From Geobacter sulfurreducens PCA (lineage in GTDB: Bacteria; Desulfobacterota; Desulfuromonadia; Geobacterales; Geobacteraceae): DNA of 32,000 bases. This document shows positions 25,035-32,000 of this stretch, piece after piece. Within the stretch, counting starts at the first letter, position 1. Each line of letters opens with the position of its first letter. The stretch spans positions 1,140,001-1,172,000 of the forward strand of contig NC_002939.5 of the NCBI RefSeq assembly GCF_000007985.2, in the 5' to 3' direction. The position numbers were made by a program, and so were the translations under genes. Below the pieces are notes generated by a model, which saw nothing but the letters and a program-made list of their open reading frames with translations, ran no database searches and was not told the origin of the DNA.

Positions 25035-26051
25035 ATGACGACTCGAACGATAAGCCCTGAGAAGACCGACGACGACTACGTCGAATCATCCCTGCGCCCC
25101 CGCGCCCTGGAAGATTACATTGGCCAGGAGAAGGCCAAGGGGAACCTGCGGGTCTTCATCGACGCGGCCCGAAAGCGCGGCGAGGCCCTGGATCACGTGC
25201 TGCTCTATGGTCCGCCGGGACTGGGGAAGACCACGCTTGCCAACATCATTGCCTGCGAGATGGGGGTAAACATCAAGTCCACGTCGGGTCCAGTCATCGA
25301 GCGTCCGGGCGATCTGGCGGCAATCCTCACCAACCTGGAGCCCCACGACGTCCTCTTCATCGATGAGATCCACCGCCTCTCCCATGTGGTGGAGGAGATA
25401 CTCTATCCGGCCATGGAGGATTTCCAGCTCGACATCATCATCGGTCAAGGCCCAAGTGCCCGCACCATCAAGCTGGATCTTCCCCGGTTCACCCTCGTGG
25501 GGGCCACCACCCGCGCCGGCCTTCTCTCGTCGCCACTGCGGGATCGCTTTGGAGTCATCTCGCGCCTGGAGTTCTACACCGATGCAGAGCTTTCCACCAT
25601 CGTCACCAGGTCGGCGCATATCCTCGATATCCAGATCGAGCCTGACGGTGCCCGGGAGCTGGCACGCCGCAGCCGGGGAACACCCCGGATCGCCAACCGT
25701 CTCCTGCGTCGGGTCAGGGACTTTGCCCAGGTCCGGGCCGATGGCGTCATCTCCGCTCAGGTGGTGGACGAATCCCTCAAGCTCCTGGAGATCGACGAAA
25801 AGGGGTTCGATCAGATGGACCGCACCATCATGCTGACGATCATCGACAAGTTCGGCGGCGGGCCCGTGGGGCTCGACACCATAGCCGCGGCCATCGGCGA
25901 GGAACGCGATACCATCGAGGATGTCTACGAGCCGTTCCTGATCCAGCACGGTTTCATTAACCGCACCCCCCGGGGCCGCGTGGCCACGAAGTCCGCCTAT
26001 GAGCACTTCGGCCGCATTGCGCCCGCGCCCGGGCAAGGCGCGCTCTTCTAG
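25035..26051 (+). CDS. ruvB: Holliday junction DNA helicase RuvB
   Basis: Walker [18 protein letters not shown], and [16 protein letters not shown]. Confidence 0.97.
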   Translation: MTTRTISPEKTDDDYVESSLRPRALEDYIGQEKAKGNLRVFIDAARKRGEALDHVLLYGPPGLGKTTLANIIACEMGVNIKSTSGPVIERPGDLAAILTNLEPHDVLFIDEIHRLSHVVEEILYPAMEDFQLDIIIGQGPSARTIKLDLPRFTLVGATTRAGLLSSPLRDRFGVISRLEFYTDAELSTIVTRSAHILDIQIEPDGARELARRSRGTPRIANRLLRRVRDFAQVRADGVISAQVVDESLKLLEIDEKGFDQMDRTIMLTIIDKFGGGPVGLDTIAAAIGEERDTIEDVYEPFLIQHGFINRTPRGRVATKSAYEHFGRIAPAPGQGALF

Positions 26052-26064
26052 GCCGTTTCCCGCC

Positions 26065-26793
26065 ATGCAACTCGTCTTCGACTTTCCCGTCACCCCCAAA
26101 TACTCGTTCGACAATTTCGTGATCTGTGCCGGCAACGAGACTGCCTGCCGTTTCGCCCGGCGCCTGACGGACGAAAGCGGTTCGGAAAATCTCCTCTACC
26201 TCCATGGGCCCTCCGGTTCGGGCAAGACTCATCTGCTCATGGCAATGGGGGCCTGTTTTGCGGGCCGGGTCGGGCTTAGGGCAGTGCCATGCATCTCTTT
26301 CAAGGATGTTGACGAGATCTACCACGGCGAGTATCCGGCCGAAGAGGTCTCAAGGTTGGCCGAGCGTTTTCGCGGCGCGCCAGCCCTTCTTGTGGATGAT
26401 CTCCACCTGATCCCCGATCAGCAGAGTGTCCGGGTGGAGCTCTGGCAGCTGTTCAACGACTTCTACCAGGCCGGCCGGCCCATAGCCATCACCGGGCTCA
26501 ACCCCCCCAACGAACTTCCCACCCTCGATGGTCACCTGACTTCGCGTCTGCTCTGGGGGCTCGTGGCGAAAACCGATATTTCGGACGACGATTCCCGTCG
26601 CCGCATCATGCAGAAGCTGGCAGATGACCGTCAAATCATCCTTCCCGCCGACGCGGTCGACTACCTTCTGGTGCATGTACGCCGCGACGTGCCGTCCCTT
26701 GTTGCCGCGCTGGACGCGATAACCCGCTATGCCTTCAGCGCCAAACGGAAGATTACCATGCGACTGGCGCGCGAGGCACTGGCGCTTCTCTAG
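26065..26793 (+). CDS. hda: DnaA-related ATPase, Hda-like (regulatory inactivation of DnaA)
   Basis: 242 aa. QLVFDFP...SFDNF start, Walker A GPSGSGKTHL, LLVDDLH, LTSRLLWG. Architecture parallels E. coli Hda. Confidence 0.75.
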   Translation: MQLVFDFPVTPKYSFDNFVICAGNETACRFARRLTDESGSENLLYLHGPSGSGKTHLLMAMGACFAGRVGLRAVPCISFKDVDEIYHGEYPAEEVSRLAERFRGAPALLVDDLHLIPDQQSVRVELWQLFNDFYQAGRPIAITGLNPPNELPTLDGHLTSRLLWGLVAKTDISDDDSRRRIMQKLADDRQIILPADAVDYLLVHVRRDVPSLVAALDAITRYAFSAKRKITMRLAREALALL

Positions 26794-27015
26794 GATTTGT
26801 CTGCCGCCGCCCGCGCGGGTTGTCTCCTGTAAGGTTTTACTTGCTTGCCGCGACAGGGAAATGTAAGTTTTTGCGACAAAATCGCATAGTGATTTTAGCT
26901 TGTTACCGGAAAGATATCCTGTGGGGCGAAAAACCGTCGGGATTGTTTACGGTTTTATGGCGTAATCTTTCTGGGGCTGAGACAGATTTCTCAGTAAATT
27001 CAATGGTTGTGTGGC

Positions 27016-27031
27016 TGGCCTGCTAATTGCA
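27016..27031 (+). promoter_or_regulatory. sigma54 (-24/-12) promoter TGGCCT-N5-TTGCA
   Basis: cTGGCCTgctaaTTGCAtt with correct spacing, 49 nt upstream of the PEP-CTERM gene ATG. Confidence 0.55.
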
Positions 27032-27079
27032 TTATTTATAAATGAACCACTACCACCATCACAAAGAGAGGGAACAGTC

Positions 27080-27796
27080 ATGAAAACACAACATATGTTC
27101 ATACTTTCCCTGCTGATCGTCATGTTGACCGTAACCACGGCCCAGGCGGTAAGCCTTACGTACACCTACTCAGATAAGGATTATCTCGGCGGCGCTTCTT
27201 GGGGAAGCATGACTGCCTACGTGGAGGACGCCAACACCCTTGGGATCAGGTATACTGCGGCACCGACCTCGGTGATCGGCGCGGGCAGCACGGCAACGGG
27301 CTTTGCGTTTACGTTTTCCGGAGCTCTCCCCATCGCGATCTACAATCCGTCCCGGGGAGCCTTCGGCGACGATCAGGACGTTCTCAAGTGGGTGGTGTTT
27401 GAAAAAAAACTCAGCACCCTCCCTCCTCCCCAGAACGGTGATGAGTTCAATCCCGTGATCGACAACAAGTATGTGTTTGAATTCGCGGCCACCGAGGGGG
27501 ATGGGCGGTCCATCAATTCCACCGGCGTGAAAGCCGGCCAGAGCGACATCTTTTACATGGACTTCAACTCTTCCGCAGTCGATTTTCTGGCATTCTCGCT
27601 CGCGGACCTTAAGTCGTTCGTGGAACTGACCGCTGTCCGGTTGATGGGGCTTCCCAGCGACATCAATGGCGGCAGCCTGTTCCTTGCAGGCAAACTGGAA
27701 GACAGTACGCCTGCTCCGGTGCCCGAACCCGGTACGATCCTGCTGCTGGGGATTGGAATCGCAGGGCTCGGACTGTATCGGATGAAGCGCGGATAG
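27080..27796 (+). CDS. PEP-CTERM sorting-domain secreted protein
   Basis: Signal peptide MKTQHMFILSLLIVMLTVTTAQA. C-terminus VPEPGTILLLGIGIAGLGLYRMKRG (PEP motif, TM helix, basic tail). Start at ATG 27080 after gagaggga. Confidence 0.85.
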   Translation: MKTQHMFILSLLIVMLTVTTAQAVSLTYTYSDKDYLGGASWGSMTAYVEDANTLGIRYTAAPTSVIGAGSTATGFAFTFSGALPIAIYNPSRGAFGDDQDVLKWVVFEKKLSTLPPPQNGDEFNPVIDNKYVFEFAATEGDGRSINSTGVKAGQSDIFYMDFNSSAVDFLAFSLADLKSFVELTAVRLMGLPSDINGGSLFLAGKLEDSTPAPVPEPGTILLLGIGIAGLGLYRMKRG

Positions 27797-27827
27797 CCGG
27801 AAAAGAGTGACCGACTGCTGGAAGGAC

Positions 27828-27859
27828 AGGGGGGAGCGCGGGGTGCGTTCCCCTCTTTT
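27828..27859 (+). terminator. intrinsic terminator after the PEP-CTERM gene
   Basis: aggggggagcgc-ggggt-gcgttcccctct, a 12-bp stem with two G-U pairs, followed by a T-run. Confidence 0.6.
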
Positions 27860-27987
27860 CGTTGCGGTGCAGGCCGCGGGCAGTTACGGCATATCGGTCT
27901 CCTCCGGCAGGCCATTGCCAAAAAGGTGGTTGAGCTGACGCGTCATAACGACTAAACTGGCATGCCGATCAGGAGGTCGTTGCCCCA

Positions 27988-28530
27988 ATGAAACTACTGC
28001 TTCACATCTGCTGTGCCCCCTGCGCCATCTATCCGGTAAGCCGGCTCCGCGACAGCGGGGCGGATGTCACCGGTTTCTTTTTCAACCACAACATACATCC
28101 CTACCAGGAGTACCGCCGCCGGCTCGACACGGTCCTGGAATATGCGGACCGGATCGAGTTGCCGCTGGAGGTGCGGGACGAGTATCGCCTGGAGGAATTT
28201 CTGGCCGCCGTGGCCGGCAATCCGGCGGATCGATGCTGGTACTGCTATTTCTCGCGCCTGGATGCGGCTGCGGCCGCAGCGGCGGCGGGAGGCTTCGACG
28301 GGTTCACCTCATCGCTTCTCTACAGCCGCTACCAGAAGCACGACGACATCAGGATCGCTGCCGAGCGGGCCGCAGCGCGCCACGGGGTCGCTTTTGTCTA
28401 TGACGACTATCGCCGGGGCTGGCAGGACGGCATCCGCGTCTCCAAGGAGATGGGGCTCTACCGCCAGCAGTACTGCGGCTGCATCTACAGCGAAAAGGAC
28501 CGTTACCATCCCCGGCAGGGGAAAAAATGA
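27988..28530 (+). CDS. queH: epoxyqueuosine reductase QueH (DUF208)
   Basis: LLLHICCAPCAIYP, CWYCYFSRL and QQYCGCIYSE cysteine motifs. Confidence 0.88.
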   Translation: MKLLLHICCAPCAIYPVSRLRDSGADVTGFFFNHNIHPYQEYRRRLDTVLEYADRIELPLEVRDEYRLEEFLAAVAGNPADRCWYCYFSRLDAAAAAAAAGGFDGFTSSLLYSRYQKHDDIRIAAERAAARHGVAFVYDDYRRGWQDGIRVSKEMGLYRQQYCGCIYSEKDRYHPRQGKK

Positions 28531-28742
28531 TGCAGGGCCTCGGTAAGTCGCTCATAGTCATGGGGCTGGTCATTGCGGCCGTGGGCGTGCTCCTCACCGT
28601 TGCCGGCAAAATTCCGTGGATTGGCCGCCTCCCCGGCGACATCTACGTGAAACGGGATAACTTCACCGTTTATTTTCCCCTTGCCACCAGCATTCTCATA
28701 TCCCTGGTGCTCTCCCTCATCCTCTGGCTGCTGAGAAAATAA
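28527..28742 (+). CDS. DUF2905 small membrane protein
   Basis: 71 aa. GRLPGDIYVKRDNFTVYFPLATSILISLVLSLI matches the family as I remember it. ATGA overlap with queH. Confidence 0.8.
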   Translation: MMQGLGKSLIVMGLVIAAVGVLLTVAGKIPWIGRLPGDIYVKRDNFTVYFPLATSILISLVLSLILWLLRK

Positions 28743-28856
28743 GCCGTTCCTGCTGAAATTCCTCAAGTTTCACCACTTCTAACCGATAGATGCTACAGCT
28801 GCTTCGATCTAAAAGCGGTCGTTGTCGCGAGCGTCATTATGCGAACGGAGGGCCCC

Positions 28857-29915
28857 GTGGCGATCAACAGCATGAATACGGTATTTCTTGAGGTAGTCGA
28901 GTGGTTTGACGACAGCGGCCGGGAGATGGTGCGCCGCATCCCCCCCGAGGGGTCCGCCGAGATCAAATTGGGCGCCCAGCTGGTGGTGCGGGAGAGTCAG
29001 CGGGCGGTCTTCTTCAGGGACGGCAAGGCCGCCGACTGCTTTGGCCCCGGTAGGCATACCCTGACCAGCGCCAACCTGCCGATCCTGACTAAGCTCCTGT
29101 CGCTCCCCTGGGGAGGCACCTCTCCCTTCCGCTGCGAAGTCTGTTTCGTGGGAATACAGACCTTCACCGACCTGCGCTGGGGAACCAAGGAACCCGTTGC
29201 CTTCCGGGACAGCCGCTTTGGCATGGTACGGCTGCGGGCCTTCGGCACCTACACCCTGCGGGTGGTCGACCCGCAGCTCCTGGTGAACGCTCTGGTGGGA
29301 ACCCGGGGGCTTTACACCAGCAGCGAGCTGGAGGAACTGTTCCGCGACATCATCGTGGCGCGGCTCAACGACTACCTGGGCGAAACCATCGACTCGGTTC
29401 TGGATCTGCCCGCCCGCTACGATGAGACTTCTGCTGCGCTCAAGGAACGCCTGGCAGGAGACTTCGGAGGATTCGGCATCGAACTGGCCGAACTTTACGT
29501 GAACGCGATCACTCCCCCGCCGGAGGTCCAGAAGGCAATCGACGAGCGCACCTCCATGGAGGCGGCCGGCGATGTGGATCGCTACCTGAAGTTCAAGGCG
29601 GCCCGAAGCCTGGAAGCGGCGGCCTCGGCCGAGGGGGGCGGCGAGGCTGCCCAGGGGATGGGGATCGGGGTCGGTGCCGGTCTCGGCATGATTCTCCCCG
29701 GTATGGTGGCGAATGCCATGGCACAGGGAGCTGATGCGTCCGCTCCTGTCGGCACGGGTAGCTGTCCCCGCTGTATGGCGCCGTTGGTGGCGGGTGGAAA
29801 TTTTTGCCATCAGTGCGGCGCCCCGGTAGAGTCCGGCTTTTGCTCCGGCTGCGGCAAGCCGCTGCCGACAGAAGCTCGCTTCTGCCCCGGCTGCGGACGG
29901 CAGGCCGGAGCATAG
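28857..29915 (+). CDS. SPFH/Band-7_1 family protein (B. subtilis YdjI-like, COG4260) with C-terminal double zinc ribbon
   Basis: [20 protein letters not shown]...[21 protein letters not shown]...[16 protein letters not shown]...[13 protein letters not shown]. Gly-rich hydrophobic segment [23 protein letters not shown]. Four CxxC pairs at the C-terminus. Likely start is GTG 28857 (ggaggg 5 nt upstream). Alternative starts are 28839 and 28872. Confidence 0.85.
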   Translation: MAINSMNTVFLEVVEWFDDSGREMVRRIPPEGSAEIKLGAQLVVRESQRAVFFRDGKAADCFGPGRHTLTSANLPILTKLLSLPWGGTSPFRCEVCFVGIQTFTDLRWGTKEPVAFRDSRFGMVRLRAFGTYTLRVVDPQLLVNALVGTRGLYTSSELEELFRDIIVARLNDYLGETIDSVLDLPARYDETSAALKERLAGDFGGFGIELAELYVNAITPPPEVQKAIDERTSMEAAGDVDRYLKFKAARSLEAAASAEGGGEAAQGMGIGVGAGLGMILPGMVANAMAQGADASAPVGTGSCPRCMAPLVAGGNFCHQCGAPVESGFCSGCGKPLPTEARFCPGCGRQAGA

Positions 29916-29918
29916 GCG

Positions 29919-30638
29919 GTGACCATCGCCTGCCCCCAGTGCGGCGCCACGGCCGAAGCCCGCACCGATACCCGTTTCCACGGCTGTGCCTTCTGCGGTT
30001 CATCCTTCATGGTGGAACGGGGTGTCGGCATCGCCGAATACCACCTGGACCACGAGCGGGACGATCGGGTGGCGTGGAGCGCAGTGGCCTCCACCCTCGA
30101 GCGGGATGGTGCCGGACAGGCCGTGGAGCGGACCGGCTGCGAGTATCTGGTTGCGCCCTTCTGGCTCTCGCGACCTGAAAGTGGAGGGAATCGGCTCGTG
30201 CCGGCCCTGCGTCATCCCTGGCTTCAGGGTCCCCTCCCCGGCCTGCCCGGCGGCGACCTTCTCTTCGTCCCGTCGGGGGACGACTTCATCCTGCCCGACA
30301 TCCCGGCCGACGAGGCATTAGGGGAAGGAGCCGACCGTGGCGGCACCTCCCTCAGCCTCGTTTACCTCCCTCTCTATCTCCTTTCCTTCCGCCTTGCCGG
30401 TCACGACTGCAGGGCACTGGTTTCGGCGGTGGACCGGCGGGTCGCGCTCCTGACGCCCCTCCCGGCCCGGTCCGAGTCGGTGCCGTTTCGCCACGCTGCA
30501 CTGGTGGCCGGTTTTGCCATCACGCTCACTGCCTCCGGGCTGGCCGTGAAGAGCCACTTTCTCAGGGCAGCCGTCTTCGCGGCTGTGCTGGCCGTTGCCT
30601 GGCCGGTCTGCACCGCATTGCTCCGACGGGGGGAGTAA
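29919..30638 (+). CDS. zinc-ribbon protein with two C-terminal TM helices, paralog 1
   Basis: GTG start 3 nt after the SPFH stop. CPQCG-x14-CAFCG. PFW motif. C-terminal hydrophobic helices. Confidence 0.7.
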   Translation: MTIACPQCGATAEARTDTRFHGCAFCGSSFMVERGVGIAEYHLDHERDDRVAWSAVASTLERDGAGQAVERTGCEYLVAPFWLSRPESGGNRLVPALRHPWLQGPLPGLPGGDLLFVPSGDDFILPDIPADEALGEGADRGGTSLSLVYLPLYLLSFRLAGHDCRALVSAVDRRVALLTPLPARSESVPFRHAALVAGFAITLTASGLAVKSHFLRAAVFAAVLAVAWPVCTALLRRGE

Positions 30639-31615
30639 TGAGCGAGCGGCAGACGGTCACCATATCCTGTCCCCAGTGTGCAAGCCCCTTTTCGTTCAGC
30701 GAAGGCAACCGCAATGCTCTCTGTCCCTCTTGCGGAACCTCTCTGGCAGTTTCCGGCGAAGCGGGCATTCCCCGATTTGTTATTGCTGAGCGGATTGACC
30801 GTACCCAGGCGCGCGCCGCTGCCCGCAAGGCCGCGGCGGCTGCCGGCGGCGACCCGAAGGTGGTGGAACTGCTCCGGTTTGAAGGGGACGAGCTGTGCTT
30901 CCTTCCATTCTGGCGGCTGCGGGGCCATGCGGCCGGCTGGCTCTGGACCGAGCGGGAGACTCGGGTCCAGCAGGAAGAGTACGATGAGAACGGTATGCGG
31001 ACGGTTCGGGAGGTGCGCGGACCCGTGGAAAGCGGTACCGAGACGGTCATGATTGCCGTGGACTACAGCTCTCCCGCCTGCGATACGTCACGCTTCGGCC
31101 TGCGGGGCATCGCCGTGGCAAGCGCGGTCCTGCCGCTTGCGGGGATGGATTTCGCCGAGGTTTCCCGCCGGGGCACGGTCTTTGATCCGGTCACGACGCC
31201 GGATCAGGTGAGGCGGGAAGCACTGGCCCAGGCCCGGTCCCGGGGCGGAGGAAAGGGAGTGCTCCGCTCGGCCGGCCGTCTCGCCCTCTGTGGGGAGCGC
31301 ATCGCCCTCATTTCATATCCGGTCTGGAGCCTCACGTTTTCCCGCGGCGAGCGGCTCTATCACGTGGCCGTGGACGGGGTGAACGGTCGCGTCCTCGCCG
31401 GGCGCCTTCCGGCCGCCGTGCGGATTGCGGTGCTGCGCCCCCTGTCGACGGTCACGCTCCTGATCTATTCCTTCACTCTCCATCCGCTGGTCGGATTTGT
31501 CGTCGTCGGCGCTTTCCTGGCCTGGCTCGCCGCCAACGGCGGGTTGTCGATCGAGCGTTTGACCATCTGGTTCTTTGGCATGATAGAACGGAGAGGGGAG
31601 GTGGAGCTTGGCTGA
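30638..31615 (+). CDS. zinc-ribbon protein with two C-terminal TM helices, paralog 2
   Basis: TAATG stop/start overlap. CPQC-x14-CPSCG. LPFW and YPVW...VAVDGVNGRV motifs. Two C-terminal TM helices. Confidence 0.7.
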   Translation: MSERQTVTISCPQCASPFSFSEGNRNALCPSCGTSLAVSGEAGIPRFVIAERIDRTQARAAARKAAAAAGGDPKVVELLRFEGDELCFLPFWRLRGHAAGWLWTERETRVQQEEYDENGMRTVREVRGPVESGTETVMIAVDYSSPACDTSRFGLRGIAVASAVLPLAGMDFAEVSRRGTVFDPVTTPDQVRREALAQARSRGGGKGVLRSAGRLALCGERIALISYPVWSLTFSRGERLYHVAVDGVNGRVLAGRLPAAVRIAVLRPLSTVTLLIYSFTLHPLVGFVVVGAFLAWLAANGGLSIERLTIWFFGMIERRGEVELG

Positions 31616-32000
31616 CCGGCACGATCTGCGGGTGATCCCGCTCCGTTGCCCCGATTGCGGCGGTGGCCTTTCGGCTGCGGGTGAGGATGTCATCTTCCCC
31701 TGCCGGCGGTGCGGCACGTTCCGGGAACTGGAGGGGGAGACTCTGGCTCTGCGCCAGGTCCTCCACGCGGCCGGACCTGACCTGGATGCCCCGCCCGGGG
31801 CGCGGCGCACCATGGCGCGGCTGCCGTTCTGGGTTTTCCCGTTCCGCGCCGCGAGTTCCGGCGGCGAGGCGGCAACCCTGCGCGACTACCTGTCCCTGAC
31901 AGGCACCATCAAGACGCCTGACCCTGCTCGGGCGGAAAAGCCGCCGCTCGTCTTCGTGCCTGCTTTCGCCGCCAAGCCGGCACCCCTCCTGCGTGCGGGG
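31608..32000 (+). CDS. zinc-ribbon protein, paralog 3 (partial, runs off window end)
   Basis: Own translation: (TTG)ADRHDLRVIPLRCPDCGGGLSAAGEDVIFPCRRCGTFRELEG...ARLPFWVFPFRAAS...PLVFVPAFAAKPAPLLRAG. The frame is open to base 32000. Start is TTG 31608 (8-nt overlap) or GTG 31632. Confidence 0.6.
   Translation, partial: MADRHDLRVIPLRCPDCGGGLSAAGEDVIFPCRRCGTFRELEGETLALRQVLHAAGPDLDAPPGARRTMARLPFWVFPFRAASSGGEAATLRDYLSLTGTIKTPDPARAEKPPLVFVPAFAAKPAPLLRAG

Noticed and set aside
26820-27026. 68-aa ORF upstream of the PEP-CTERM gene.
   Set aside because: No SD and AT-rich promoter-like sequence. It overlaps the predicted sigma54 promoter. No recognisable features.

Overview
High-GC (about 60%) deltaproteobacterial chromosome segment. 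Gene content and order look Geobacter/Desulfuromonadales-like, which is an inference from remembered synteny, not a search result. It is mostly housekeeping and accessory metabolism with short AT-rich promoter islands.

Layout from left to right:
- Minus-strand operon: TPR, YjbQ, YeeE/YedE, TusA-like, stand-alone PAS, alpha/beta hydrolase.
- sucCD, with a REP-like double hairpin between the two genes.
- A GEMM-I-type cyclic-dinucleotide riboswitch with a terminator platform, in front of an uncharacterised 2-TM protein.
- A class I/II aminotransferase.
- A monoheme CxxCH/DUF4124-like secreted protein.
- A sigma54-promoted minor-pilin operon (PilV/W/X-like plus a 1014-aa vWA-PilY1).
- A sensor-less DUF294 nucleotidyltransferase.
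- A 2.9-kb tandem duplication of DUF485-ActP (acetate permease) units, each with its own look-alike terminator, preceded by an IclR regulator.
- A lipoprotein, then yebC-ruvCAB-hda.
- A sigma54-promoted orphan PEP-CTERM protein, then queH and DUF2905.
- At the right edge, a tightly coupled cluster: a YdjI-like SPFH protein carrying a double zinc ribbon, followed by three paralogous zinc-ribbon/2-TM proteins.

The riboswitch-controlled membrane protein and the SPFH/zinc-ribbon cluster are the best candidates for poorly described biology. I found no rRNA, tRNA, CRISPR array, transposase or integrase. Many long ORFs in the track are antisense GC artefacts or 5'-over-extended versions of the real genes.
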